From Botryllus schlosseri (lineage: Eukaryota), in NCBI GenBank assembly GCA_051294905.1, contig CM119371.1:14014001-14078000 (forward strand): a stretch of 64,000 bases of DNA, given 5' to 3'. Below the pieces are notes generated by a model, which worked only from the letters and a program-made list of their open reading frames with translations, was not told the origin of the DNA and did no database searches. The position numbers were made by a program, and so were the translations under genes. Positions 38,320 through 52,063 of the stretch are shown in pieces. The stretch's first letter is position 1; each line of letters opens with the position of its first letter.

Positions 38320-38634
38320 ATGACCACCACTGAACCGAGCAATGCGCCAGCCGAACCGAAAAAGTCCGCAGACAAACTCTTCACCATAAAGAAATGGAAC
38401 GCGGTTGCAGTCTGGAGCTGGGACGTGGAATGCGACACTTGCGCCATCTGCCGCGTTCAGGTGATGGACGCATGCTTGCGTTGTCAAGCGGACAATAAGC
38501 AGGACGATTGCGTCGTCGTTTGGGGCGAGTGCAACCACTCCTTTCATAATTGCTGCATGTCGCGGTGGGTGACTCAAAATAATCGCTGTCCGCTTTGTCA
38601 GAAAGAGTGGGTCATACAGGGAACTGGGAAATGA
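38320..38634 (+). CDS. RNF7: RING-box protein 2 (RBX2/SAG), single coding exon, 104 aa
   Basis: LFTIKKWNAVAVWSWDVECDTCAICRVQVMDACLRCQADNKQDDCVVVWGECNHSFHNCCMSRWVTQNNRCPLCQ is the RBX2 signature. Confidence 0.96.
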   Translation: MTTTEPSNAPAEPKKSADKLFTIKKWNAVAVWSWDVECDTCAICRVQVMDACLRCQADNKQDDCVVVWGECNHSFHNCCMSRWVTQNNRCPLCQKEWVIQGTGK

Positions 38635-39779
38635 ATGCAGAATTATCGATTTCTTGCGTGTCGTGTTTAGTCTAAAATTATGCGATTGCCCGGATGTACA
38701 TTGGGGCGTCGTCGTTCAAGAAATTGGCCGCAGTTTTGAAACACCACTGATGTAGCCTCACAGTTTCACTGTCGTTGCCTGTGCTCTTGACAACCGATCC
38801 AAAAATTGAATTCATTTGTAACCATGAAAGTATATTGGTGAATTAGAGTCATTAAAATTTCTCGATGAGTCCTGATTGATTTTTTATTTAAAAACAATAA
38901 TCATATTCTCCTGAAATTTTATCGTCAATTACAGTAGGCTACCAGCACTTGTGTATTAGGTAAACTTTGGTTTTTGAGTCTAATTACAGAACAGGTGCCG
39001 CTGTCAATTGTTTGAATTACAATATTCTAACATTAGTCTCTAGTGAAAACAATTTATGCACATCAAAATTCATGTTATTACTTGATATGACCGTCATTAC
39101 TTCATTAGGAATGAATAATGGTTACTTGCAAAACAACAGACTATGTGATTGAAGTTTAGTAGACAGCGAATTACGAATTTCACGACATGTCAAGTTTTAC
39201 AAGCTCGCGTATGTAGGCTAAGACCTTTAACTGTTGTGTCTTGTATGCTTGTCTCGAATCATTACATTTAAAATGGCAAATATCTGCCAAAACTGCAGCC
39301 AATCATCAGCTATCTAGTCAACTATTGGTCTGGAATTTGAATTTCTTTGAATCGCTAGTAGCTAACTAGCAATCACTTATTTCTGGAGCAAGAATTTCTT
39401 GCTGGGGACAATTGTAGGTGTATAATCTCAACTCAGAACTTTCTAATTTGGCGCCATTTGTTCTTCAACTTTGCTACTCCGAAATTAACTGATCACTGAT
39501 GCCCCAGCCCTTTTGTGTGTCCAATATGTAGGCTTTGTAGTGGAATTCAGTTGTGAAATGCACTTATTATAAACCTTTTGTTTATAAATTATTTTGACTC
39601 GACTTTGAGCGAGTCGTGATGTGTCAGAGCCAATTGATAAATTTGTGTTACATAAATGATATCGTCGCTAGGCCTACTATAAATAATATCATGTTTTCTT
39701 GCTATGTTTCAGTTTTATTTCAAAATATTACAATAGTGATCCACATAATTGGTGATAATCTACAAGGACTCGCTTTTGA

Positions 39780-39811
39780 ATGTCTTCGCTCAGCACCAAA
39801 GATTTGGCGAA
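39780..39811 (+). CDS. ERI2: ERI2-like exonuclease, coding exon 1 (MSSLSTKDLAK)
   Basis: ATG at 39780, donor gtaagt at 39812, phase-compatible with the next exon; resembles the recalled vertebrate ERI2 N-terminus MATKRLAR. Confidence 0.7.
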
Positions 39812-41839
39812 GTAAGTTATTTTTTGTGAGTGTGCCTACTGCGAATCGAATGCTTGTTTTGAATTGTGTGGACTGCAGCTTCATTAGTGTTGCCACGTCT
39901 GGAATAATAGGCCTATCTGCATCGTAAATGGTTGCGGTTTTGATATTTCTCCTATATGATCTTTTGTTTTTCATTATTTAAGTAAGTAACTTTTTCATTG
40001 AAACGGTGGACCATGGTTGTTAGCAGAGGTAGCGGAATATATAATAAAAAGAATAAAGAGAGTGTTCGCCTACTTGGGTCAGTTTATCTGATGCAGACTT
40101 AACCACTAGATAATTCTAGTTGTATAATTGGACTAATTAAAAGAATCAAACGTCGGTGAGCTAATTATAATCTAAGATTTCAAATCTTCATTTCTTTCAA
40201 TTCTAATCTAATTTGTGAAACGATTCTATTCGTTAATTTGAATTCTAATCTAGCTTGTGGTTTTCCTGTCAATGTTACAGGAAGACATTATACCGGTAGT
40301 GCAAACCAAGCCGGGCTTGCTGTACAGACATTTGCTATCCTCTTCCTTATAAGAGTGAACCATGATTTGGTATTAATGGAACCCGGTTCGATGTCAAAGT
40401 TTTGGTGATTCGCTAGTTCTAATCTCATTTTGATGTAAAAAAACCCTAGGCTAGCTATAATTCTAATTCTAACCTAATTTGAGAATAACTGTGTAGCTAT
40501 AATTCTAATTCAACTCTAATTTGGAAAACAACTTTGTAGCTGCAATTCTAATTATAATCTACTTGGGGAAGCCGAAAATTCTCTCGAATTGTCCTAGTCT
40601 GTAATGCTGCGACTACTTTCGCAATCGCAAAATGCATCTTCGCCATTAATGTCCAATGACTCAGTTGCAAATAGGTGACACCATCCAAAATTTATCTCTT
40701 CCAGTTACTGGGATACCAGCGCTATTCCAGGCAGTTTTTATGATGCAAACTTTCCCCCCAAATTACTTTTTACCTCTCACAATCATACACAGTCTTACAA
40801 TAAGTAGCTCTGCCTAAAAAAAAACGAGGAGAAATTAGCCTAAGTCAGTGCTTCTAAAAAGGGGGGGTCGGCAAAACCTCCGAATTTGCAAAATGGTTGA
40901 CAACCTAATTTGTAATTTTTTAAATTAGTGAAATCACCTAGTACTTTCACTTCATAACTGCTAAAACTTCAGGACTCAATTACCTAGTAATACAACCATA
41001 ATTGCTGTTTGGAGATGTACTGTTGGGGGTCTGGACAAAATTTGTCTGCAAAACCCCATTTTCTGCTGTGATACACTCAACCATTATTCCAGAATAACTT
41101 CAAGATCAGCTGCTACATAGAAATGACTACGCTGCACGCTATTAGTGCGATATAGGTTGCGAACTTGCGATAATAGCCAAAGGTGTCATCTAAAGCGTCG
41201 GGGTTATTATTACATTCGCCACCACCTATTTTTGTGGAACTTAATGGATTTTCGGCACTCGATCATGTGAAATCGACGGCGCAGATTTACAAGACATGTC
41301 CGTGTATTTGAAGAAGTGTAGCTACATAATTCGCTTTGATATTAAAGTCATCCTTATTCCTACATAAATAGTATATGCATATCATGTTATTTTCAAGATA
41401 GGTTGCTTTATTGCTGTTTATTACTAACATGGATTTAATATTTGCTCCACACAGATGACGGTTTCGCAATTATAGAGCCAAATTTGTACTAAAACTTATG
41501 GGGTCCGCGGGGGCCTGTGACGGCCTAAAGGTGGTCCGTGAAGACAAAAAGGTTGAGAACCACTGGCCTAAGACATAGCTTTTTTGAGTTACCTGAGTAG
41601 TCAAGTACGCAAACGCCGCTGGAGTATTTGTAGACATGCTTTGGTACTTGACACCATGGTTAAGATGAGGGAGGGCGCAGTATTCACAGTAAACAGTCAT
41701 ATTTCTCATTTGTAAAAATGATCCAATAACACCATCTTTTCTGTTGACTGGTTTCATGCAATGTATGTATCGAGATACCTGGGATAGACTGTAACTTGGG
41801 TTAAAAGAGTAGCATAACTACAACTGTATGCTTTTTCAG

Positions 41840-41904
41840 AAAACTTGGTTCGGTGAGGAAAGCAACTCCGTTACAGCAATCAGCGGCAAGAACTAAGTCT
41901 CTGG
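41840..41904 (+). CDS. ERI2: ERI2-like exonuclease, exon 2 (KLGSVRKATPLQQSAARTKSLG)
   Basis: ttttcag acceptor, gtaaga donor; phases 2 and 1 fit both neighbours. Confidence 0.75.
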
Positions 41905-42197
41905 GTAAGATGGTTTACTACATGTATTTTTAATACTGAGACTAGTCTCAAGTCCGAGTCTAAGTCATTATATTATGTTCACTGTTCAGTTTTGGGTTCA
42001 ATCCGGTTCAACCCACATTTCTGAACTGGAATGATATAGAATGACTCGCACTGACGGCGGTCCCTGCTTTAGGCCATCTCCGGTTACCTGTGTGCCTAAT
42101 TTGCAGGACTAGCGTGTATCGGCAGATCAGATTACCATTCATAAGCCTTATCAAAATCGTGAATTCCGTATCATGCTTGTGTGCAGTAGTGTCTTAA

Positions 42198-43348
42198 AGG
42201 GAGACTGCACTCTAAAAATGATGTGGTCTCAAATTAAAGGGCAAAACGAAACAAAAATCTTGTCCGCAGCCGTTTTCCTCAGAACGCCACTGTAATGGAG
42301 CTGCAATTTATTGAAATTCCGATAGCAACATAACGCTCCAGCAGTCACGCAGAGATCAAACTTTATAATATCTTTGTCAGCCAATGTTATGAAGGAAATA
42401 TGTCGTACACGCCAAGGTGGGTTTAGATACCGCGTTAAACGGAAGATGTTCAGTAGGGCTGTTCAAAATGACCTTTTTTCCTGAATCTTGTTGGCTACGT
42501 GATTAAATCGTTAGGTTGCCTTAAAAACGACGCACACCAAATTTGAATTCATTCCGACCAATATTCGCGGGTTACGTAGAGTTTGAAAATTTTGAATTTG
42601 CCCAAAAACGCAAAAAAAAAATTTTTTTTCAAATTTTTCTGCCAACCCCATGAAATTGATGGGCGGTCTTCAAAAACTATGCAAAACAAATTTGACTCAA
42701 TTCCAAGCCGTAGAAGCGGATTTATTTCAGTTTTTATTCGATAATTCTGGGATTATTCTTGATTAGTGGATAATCCCAGAATTATCATCGAAAGACTGGA
42801 ATAACTCCGCTTCTACGGCTTGGAATTGAGTCAAATTTGTTTTGCATGGTTTTTGAGGACAGCGCAACAATTTCATGGGGTGGGCAGAAAAATTGGAGAA
42901 AAATTTTTTTTTGCGTTTTTAGGCAAATTCAAAATTTTCAAACTCTACGTAACCCGCGAATATTGGTCGGAATGAATTCAACTTTGGTGTGCGTCGTTTT
43001 TTAAGGCAACCTAGCAATTTAATCACGTAGCCAACACGATTCAGGAAAAAAGGCTATTTTTGAACAGCCCTAATGTTCTGTCAGGAGATTTATGTCAAAA
43101 TCAGGCCTAGTGTATTCTATTTCCTTAGGACATAGGGCGTGTACGACATATTTCCTTCATAGCATCGGCTGACAACTATATAGAGTTCGATCTCTGCGTG
43201 GCTGCTGGAGCGTAAAGTTGCTATTGAAATTTCAATAAATTGCAGTTCCACGACGGTGGCGTTCTGAAAAAAGTGGCTGCGGCCAAAATTTTCATTTCGT
43301 TTTGCTCTTCAATTTGAGACCACATCATTTTTATAGTGGAGTGCCCCT
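42198..43348. mobile_element. TTAA-flanked long-TIR element (Kolobok-like) with a nested complete GGGCTGTTCAAAA MITE at 42456-43070
   Basis: ttaa|aggg...ccct|ttaa with ~250-bp inverted arms; inner near-perfect palindrome flanked by TA; short relative at ~51102-51252. Confidence 0.82.
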
Positions 43349-43547
43349 TTAAAATTCGATCTGTAGGCTATGTTGGAATTCTAGTAAAGTATTGCGTATA
43401 TATACTGTTAATTCGAATAAAGCCCACATGAGAAATGTGTATTTTTCAAATCCACTTGCTTGAATGTTCCAAATGTTATCTATAATATTCCATATTATGT
43501 TATTCTGTGGTGCAAATTTTGCAATCTGCGTTTTTCATTCTTTGCAG

Positions 43548-43640
43548 GTGTTAAGCAGCCGTTGAGTTATTTGGTGGTTTTGGATTTCGAAGCAACTTGC
43601 TGGGACAAGTCCGCACACTCTTTCGGGAAAAACGAAATAA
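43548..43640 (+). CDS. ERI2: ERI2-like exonuclease, exon 3 (Exo I motif YLVVLDFEATCW)
   Basis: tttgcag acceptor, gtaggt donor; DEDDh Exo I motif of the ERI-1 family. Confidence 0.9.
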
Positions 43641-44568
43641 GTAGGTCGCCTGAAAACTATCTCCTCTCTATCAAATGAAATATGAAATAGAATGAATTTC
43701 CGATTGCTTATTCATTGTACTGTGTGGAGCACAACTTGGCGTACCACAGCTTATTTGTGCAGAATTGTTTTCCGTTGGACGCATAGAAGGCAAAGGCATT
43801 TTTTAGCCTTGTCCATTGACCGTAGCCTATCCAAATTGCAGCCGGTTTTGGTTGCTGCCATTCTGGTCAAGATGGGAGAATGGTTGACCACCACATATAC
43901 CCTCACAGTGGAATCAGAGAAACTCATGTCCATTTTAACACTTGGGATGTTGGGAATATCAAGTTTTTGTCAAGATTCTCATTTTCTGGTCACGACCACA
44001 ATGTGACAAACATGACCAATAGGGTGCATAGTTGAAAGAAGAAAAATTTGAATTTCAAAAAGTGCCATTGATATTTCCTCTCCAATGTCAAATGAATTAC
44101 TTCTATCATGATTTCAGGTTCCTGCACTGCACCCTCTAGCGGCCGTGCAATTACACCGAACGAGCCCAAAATAGCTAATTTTGCCATATCTTTATAACCG
44201 CTTACGCCAGAAAGAGTTTTGGTCTTAAAAGCTGCGGAAGCAACATGGTTCCATCTTACTTCCACATAACTTTGTCTTGGAAATGTACAGAAAAAAGTTA
44301 TAAGCAAATTATTGATATTTAGACCTCATTTAAAAAGTTGGTTAGTTTAACCCTGTTCATGACTAATGCAAAGTGACCAATGTCGCTACAAATGGGTGTG
44401 ATTTTGAAAAATGTATTCAGTTACGAGTTCGGGGATACAGGAACTCTTTCGCCCAGTTGTCATGTCAATCTCCCTCATAAAAGGTGATGAAAACCTATCA
44501 CAAAACTGCCTACTTTCCAAAGTCCTGTTAAAGACCACTAACTTGATTGTGATTGTTCGGTTCCCTCT

Positions 44569-47500
44569 TAGTCCTGTAGAATTTGCGCTCAACCTAGAAA
44601 AAATTCTTATAAAGACGTATTATATACCGTTGGAAAGATAATTTTATCAGCTTTTCAATGATGGGTTTTGTCATTTTTTTTACCTTGGGGAAAAAAAGTT
44701 ATGACCAAAAACGTTCCAGGGGGTAAAGCACTATTTTGCCTGACATTAAAATACAATTATAAACTAAAACACGACACCTTCGTAACAGAATACAACACCA
44801 TAACTTGGAATATCACTCTCAGTAAAGCAAACTAACAATCGAACAGCAAAAAAATGAAACATAACTTTATTAAGAGGTATTTATCATAAGTTAAGGGTGC
44901 AAAAATTGACCGAGACGGAGATAACACTGATTTACGAATTTTGAAAAAAAAATAGCGTTAAAAATTTTAATGATTGATTTAGGCTAATTTATGGTTGCTG
45001 ACTCCGATTCTGTGCTTAATTTCTCGGTCACGTCAGATTTTTCCGTATTAATTTTTCTCATATTCATAAATTAATCAAATTTCAGCTTTCGTTAGTGACA
45101 TCACGGTAAGCATACAATAGCAACAGATCAAATATTGGTATTGAAATCATCTATCATGAAACCTGGGTTGTTGTAATACACAATGAGTGAGTTTTTCGGT
45201 GAACTTGAATACAGTGATTCTCTATCGTCGTCCAATCAGAAGCTCTTTTCGACCCATACATTTACACTGGTGAACAAATACCAAATACCATACTTGAATA
45301 GAGGCAGATATGTTTTTAAATGGTATCGAGGCTTTTTGTTTGTGTTTTGCAATATTAAACGCCAGTTCTAAAAAGCTTTACATTTTCGGCGGTTTCTGAT
45401 TTGCCGTAATATTTTTACTACGAACTTGATCAGTGGTTCTCAACCTTTTTGTATTCGCGGACCCCTTTTGGACCCCCCCCCCGCCCCCCAAGTTTTAGTT
45501 CAAATTGAGCTCAAATATCGTACAATCGTCATCTGTCTTGTGCAACTGATAACTGTATGCTAGTGATAAACAGCAACAGAATTACTTTTCTTGAAAATAA
45601 CAGCATTCTATTTATGTAGAAATTGGGTTGACTTTTCTTATTTCAAAGCAAATTATTCAACTGCATTCATTTTTTGAAATACGCGGCCGTGTCTTTAAAA
45701 TCTGCACCTTCGATTTCATATCAACGAGTGCTGAAAATCCATTTAGACAAAGAAAGACGGTGGCGAATGTAATAATAAGGCATAACGGTTCCGACGACAC
45801 ATTTGGGTATGATCGCAACAATGATGACACCAAAATTGACAAACAATTTTTTTTATTGAACATATAACGTCAAACCTGTTAATTTATATCTAGCAGCTCA
45901 CCTTGAAGTTATTAGTGAAATGGTTATAGGCCTATATCACAGGAGAAAACGGATTTTTGCGAACATTTCAAAGTCTCCGTGATTGACTTTACGTATCAAA
46001 CCATTTATTTTTTACACAATGCCCAGCAAAACACCTCTATACAGTCGAATATTTGTATCAGTGGGCTATTGGCAATTTAGTAACTAAAATGAGTCCACAC
46101 AGCAGGATATTCAATCTCAGACAGCCATCCTGTTGATGTGAGTTCTACTGTAATGAAGCAAAACTGCCTCGTGATTTTCCTAATTTGAAAAATATAAATT
46201 AGCTTATCAACCATTTTGTAAATTCGCTTCGCTTCGTGAACCCCCTGGAAATGCTTCACGGACCTCCAGGGGTCAGGGGTCCGCGGACCCCTGGTTGAGA
46301 ACCACTGAACTATAGTTTGTAGTGATTGGCGTTGCTACTCAAGTAGCACAAGTAACTCCCTATATTTTCTACTCAATTAACAGTATAAGTAGTAATTTTT
46401 AGGACACGTGAAAACTACTTCAAGTGGCAGAAATATCTAAGTATATTTGGTCGGGGGGAGGGTGGTCGGCTGGTCGCATACTTTCGACAGTTAGTCGGAG
46501 GTGGCTACATACGAAATCGCAACATGTATCTTCTCGGGCAACGCAAAATGTTTATAATGACACAATACCCATTGGTAGAACATTCGAAAATATATTCAGT
46601 TACCGCGCTTTAGGGACTGTTAAGTCTACTAGATTCATGAAATCATTTGAAGCCAACATCGTCGCGGAGCGGAGCTTTGTTTGGAATACATTCGTGTTAA
46701 AATTAATAATGTGGGCAGATATCTCCATGACATTCCCAGTTGATTTACTAGACACACAAAGCACTAAAACAAAACCCAATGAAATTAATTTCCCGTATTG
46801 CCAATCACAAATGGGAATTCGGATTGCGTACATCTGGTTCGAAGCACATGGTATGAACCCTTCCCCGATGGCTGTTATAACAACCTTGATTTGACCCCGA
46901 ATATACCACATGCAATTAATATATATATATATGCGATTGAAGCGCAAAATATTTCCAATAGTAAAATCTCAACAGGAAAACAGCGACCGGACTTTGACCT
47001 CTTACCAGGACCGTAACTGCCGCACCCCAAATCGTCCAATTGGGGGTCCCGAAATTATGTCGGTGAATGAACATAAATTATTTATACATCACTTATCGAC
47101 AATTTATGCAACTCTTTTCAAATTTTTTCGCGCTGGTCGCGATTTCATGTTGCCAAATTTTTGATTATTGAGTACCCTTCCCCCACGAAAAGAGCATGAT
47201 TTATAGAAAATAAAAAATAGGCATTTTGGCGTCGACCATTACCACGCCGCGATGCTCGAAAACATACGAAGTATTTGCCAATATGGTACTCTGAAAAGTG
47301 TGCCAATAGATCGCCTGCGATAAAACCTTAGCCGAAAAGGATTGCCCTTATGTCGACCGGGAACTTCGAAATAAATATAAGCCTATCTAATTTTCCATAG
47401 CTGCCTAGATGGCTCGTGTCTAATTATTCTATCGTGGCAATCTGAACCCAACAGGTCAAATAACATTTCTCAGAGAGAAAATATTTGCCAGAGAAGAAAT

Positions 47501-49606
47501 ACGAATTTTCGATAAAGCCTCCACAAACGTTTCTTGGATCTCGCATGGTTTCTCAATAAATTACGGCATGGTGTGTGGATGTACTGTAGGTCTTATGGCC
47601 ATTTTCCTAATTTTTCTGAAAAGTTGTGATCAGCGTTTCACAATTCAGTTTCAAAGCATGACCAATATAGTGTCTAAAGTAGGGTTTCATTTAAAACAAA
47701 CGGTGTTTTGAAACACTTTTTTTAAACATATTTTAAACGAAAGCCTTATTAAAAATCAAAATTGTATTTTTTTTCAAGTTATAAAATTATGCCATAATTG
47801 TGAATTGTGTAAATACTTTCCAAAAATATGTTGTATGAGCACACGGACAATTACCACCAAATTTAGCCGACGTATATCGTTGGGATGGTTGGAACCCTAA
47901 AAAATAGTCGGTTCAACAGTTGTAGTACAGATGTTTTGTCAAAGGGGCTATATTTACCCTATATTTTCAATGGTCAATTTATATCCATTATGACGTCACA
48001 ATTCAATATTCATGACGTCATGGCTTATAAACAAAAAACCAATGAAAAACATGTTTTAAATTAGGGCCTTGTTTTAAGTATGTTTATTTTTAATTGATTT
48101 TTGTTTTAAAAGCAACCCTAGTCTAAAGAGTGTGTGGTACTATCACTCTCGCAGAAATGAGCTCCCGAATGACACAGTGAATCTCCAGTACGATAGCCTT
48201 TTCTACACTTAACACAAACTGCTGGTTTCTTTTTTGACTAAGCACTATCTAAAAAACAAGCAAGGTAAATGAAACAGACTATAGTAAGTAAACAATAACA
48301 TAATGAAGTTATAACAGACAACGACAGCTCTACTTGCGCCCCCCCCCCCATCCCCTGTCTTGCTCACTCTTACTCCCTGAAACAGATATATAATTCTATT
48401 TTATTTTCATATATTCCTTTTGCATATATATCCTGCTTTACATCCTGCTTTTCTGTTGATAATTCATTACTTTCTTGCACTTTGTTCATATTTTTATATT
48501 AATTTTTTCCCTAATTTCAATTTTTACCCCTTGGCACGTTTTTGGTCATAACTTTTTTCCCCAAAGTAAAAAAAGTGACAAAACCTATCATTGAAAAGCT
48601 GGTAAAATTATCTTTCCAACAGTATATAATACGTCTTTATAAGAATTTTTTCTAGGTTGAGCCATTTTTAGACCAAATTCTACAGGACTATAGTCACTCG
48701 CATCTATTTTCAGCTACGCCCTCAGCCAACTCCCTTACTCTACTAAGTCCAAACGCAGTCTCCAGCCGTACCACGCTCAACATAATTTCTAGACGGCAAA
48801 TACAGAATATTCTGGAAACCTCAGGTTTCCACACAAGGTATACAAAGCTGAACATAGTAGGTAAAAATGAAGTTATGACGAACAACGACAGCTCAACTGG
48901 CCCCCCCCTCCTCCAACGCCCCCCCCCTCCCCGTCTTGCTCACTCTTTATCCCTGAAACAGATATATCATTCTACTGTCATTTTCATTGATAGCTTCTGC
49001 ATCTATATCCTGCTCTTCTGTTGATAATTCATTACTTTCCAGCCCTTTGTTCATGTTTATGTCAATTTTTTCCCTAATTTCAATTTCTACCCCTTCGCAC
49101 GTTTTTGGTCATAACTTTTTTCCCTCAACGTAAAAAAATGACAAAACCTATCATTGAAAAGCTGATAAAATTACCTTTCCAACGGTATATCATACGTCTT
49201 TATAAGAAGTAACAGAATGAAGTTATAACGAACAACGACAGCTCTACTGGTGCCCCCCCTCCCCCAACGTCCCCCCCACCCCGTCTTGCTCACTCTTTCT
49301 CCCTGAAACAGATATATCATTCTACTGTCATTTTCATTTATAGCTTCTGCATCTATATCCTGGTCTTCTGTTGATAATTCATTAGTTTCTAGCCTTTTGT
49401 TCATATGTTTATGTCAATTTTTTCCCTAATTTCAATTTCTACCCCTTCGCACGTTTTTGGTCATAACTTTTTTTCCCCAAAGTGAAAAAAATGACAAAAC
49501 CTATCATTGAAAAGCTGATAAAATTACCTTTCCAACGGTATATTATACGTCTTTATAGGAATTTTTTCTAGGTTGACCCATTTTTAGACCAAATTCTACA
49601 GTACTA
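44569..49606. mobile_element. 5-kb composite DNA element with TAG termini and 3-bp TSD (Academ-like), right end tandemly reiterated
   Basis: tagtcctgtagaattt / aaattctacagtacta; TCT on both flanks; ~150-bp TIR also present ending at 48690; nested MITEs at 45431-46307 and 47680-48120. Confidence 0.72.
47680..48120. mobile_element. hAT-type MITE
   Basis: Ends tagggtt/aacccta; perfect TSD gtctaaag. Confidence 0.85.
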
Positions 49607-50469
49607 TCTGTAAGAAATGTGACTTTGCTGTTTGCTACAGCCTCTATTGTGCCCCCTAGTGTCACTTAATAGCACTGTCGGAATTGAACGAAGTTTGTTT
49701 AAAAGTCTTCATAGCATATATATAATTTGAGGTTACCATATTTTGGAATCGGGAAAGGAGGACCAGACAAATCACGAAAGTCAGATTGCCGGACTAGAAA
49801 ACTGCTGATTCTAAAATATGTACTGGAAATCTTATTGCGTTGACCAAAAGAATAAAAATGTCATCTTTTCAGCTCAAGTCCTGCATTACCCACTTTTTAT
49901 CGATACTGCTGTGGTGTTGACCGAAATAAAAAAGGTCATTTTTCCAGTCCCGCACGAACGTCCGAATTACATATTTCACGTCATTTATGGCGTTTTTTTG
50001 TTCAACCTCTCCATTACCAGGCTGTCAAAGCTATAAAGGACGAATTATTTCCAAAAAGGATGTCATTCATCCGATTTCCTGAAAAAGAGGATAAATCTTT
50101 CTAAAGCAGGACGTGTAGTAACCTTGATATAACTTCTCCGAAACGAGTTGTATGCTACTTTTGAAGAGCTTCGTACAACACTTGCACTATTGTGAAGTAC
50201 TTCCGAAATAGACCATAAACTCTCTATTACAACACCATGCAGAAAATTACGTCCCAAGCTTCCAAATGAATTTAAAGCTAGAGATGGTATTTTATTTAAT
50301 TAATTGATGGACAAGCGTCTAACTTTCTTCATTTTTGAATTGAGATATTAAATTTGAAACATTACTGCTTGAGTAAGCAGTAGCCTACAAGTTACCAAAA
50401 TCTACTTAAGAGCTCGGAAAAAGTAGAAGTGATACGGCATTGGAGTTGTTGCTTTGATGCGTTTCAGAT

Positions 50470-50870
50470 GCCGACAAGATAGCGTAATGGTGAAGCGTCC
50501 GGCTTCTTGATCGGTAGGTTGTGAGTTCGATCCCCGGCCGGGTCAGACCAAAGACCTGATTAGTAACACTGGTATCCATGACTTCCCCGCTTGGCGCTCA
50601 ATCCGCTCATGCATTACTGGGATAGCATGGAGGAGTGATGCAAGACTTACAAAGTCGTACCCGGCTATATCTGCACCTTCCTTGTCCAGCGGCATATCCA
50701 CATCATGCACTCATGGTATGCATATGCACAATTTGTGTGTATATATATCACGAGTCGGTGTATATACCGCAAAAACATCAAGGACAAAAATAAAGTACGT
50801 CCTTTCCTTCCTTCGAACCGCCAACGTAGCGAGTGGGAAAAATCTCTATCAAATATCACATAACTGTTAA
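50470..50870 (+). mobile_element. tRNA-headed SINE family B
   Basis: A box tagcgtaatgg, B box gttcgatcc, then cgggtcagaccaaagac; antisense head at 32000-32108; 3' limit approximate. Confidence 0.7.
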
Positions 50871-50917
50871 CGATCCCATCATCCCAATATTGATTCTTGT
50901 CATTTTCTGGGTTTTAG

Positions 50918-51045
50918 TCGAGTTCCCGGCTGTGATTTTGGACGTGGACACGGGTCTTGTCGCCGACGAATTTCAGAAGTTTGTCAGGCCCACTGAGAAT
51001 CCGACATTGTCCGATTTCTGCGTGCAGCTCACAGGCATTACACAG
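50918..51045 (+). CDS. ERI2: ERI2-like exonuclease, exon 4 (IEFPAVILD...FVRPTENPTLSDFCVQLTGITQ)
   Basis: ttttag acceptor, cag|gtatag donor; in phase with exon 3; conserved ERI-1 family block. Confidence 0.92.
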
Positions 51046-52063
51046 GTATAGTAGAAATCTGTTGCGTGCGGATATAAACTGTGGCCATTGTGTCTATTTT
51101 CTAAAGGGGCACTGATCTCTAATATGATGTGGTCTTAGATGTTCGCCAGAAATTTTGCAAAGGGCTATGACTAGTGGTGACCTTGATATAAGAGTTACGT
51201 GGATTTTCATGGTATCTTCCGTGAAAATCTTATAGCTGCAGTGCCCCTTTAATATTCCAACTAACTGCACCAAACCATGACGATGACCTTTCATGTTCAT
51301 GAACAAGACTCGCATTCATGCCAGCTCAACCGTGACAGTGAGTCCCTGTATGTGGGATCAGTAAATTTAATACTCTAATCTTCAATTCCATTCATCACAT
51401 TCGAATTCAAAAATTGGCTTGAGCATTTCTTTGTTTTAATTTATGCGCTGAAGTTGACATGGCGTACTGTACAATTGATGCCTACTGTCAGGTTTGAGGA
51501 ACAGATTTGCAGTGTCCATCAAGGCTGTTAACTGTCTGGCATCGGCGATTTTTTCCGAAAAAGTTTGCTTCACTTTTCAAAACTGTAAAACACGACGTTA
51601 ACGGGATGCGAAACCAACAAGTAATATATCGTTGGATTCAGAATTTCAACGCCTAACCAAGTACGCCACGAAGCTAGATGAGAGCAGGGCAACCGAGCTT
51701 GTATATAATCAAGAAGACTAGATAACCTTGTTGTAAAAATAGGCAAGTTTTGGTTACTTATAGAGTTCACAACTTAACTTGGTGTGGATAAGTACATGCT
51801 ATTCACTGCGACAGAGATGTCTTCTTTCAAAGAAGCCATGAGTGACCACTTTGGCTCAACTAATTCGATCGTCAAGAACATCACACAACAGAACACTGGT
51901 ATCACGATTCACGCCTGATGACGGCACGTGCATTCTAATTGGGCAACTAATTGTTTTTCTAAAAATACACAACTAGAACTTGACTAAACAGTGCAGGTAG
52001 ACAAAACTTGAGTGCTTCGAAAAAGTAGAAGTAGGCCTACTTCATAATGTGCACCCTGTACAG

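Noticed and set aside
43751..43933. KKCLCLLC peptide as a Penelope C-terminal relic
   Set aside because: Similarity too short to support
46424..46947. Overlapping 156-aa and 115-aa ORFs as a transposase
   Set aside because: No recognisable motif; non-ATG start; lies within a repeat interior
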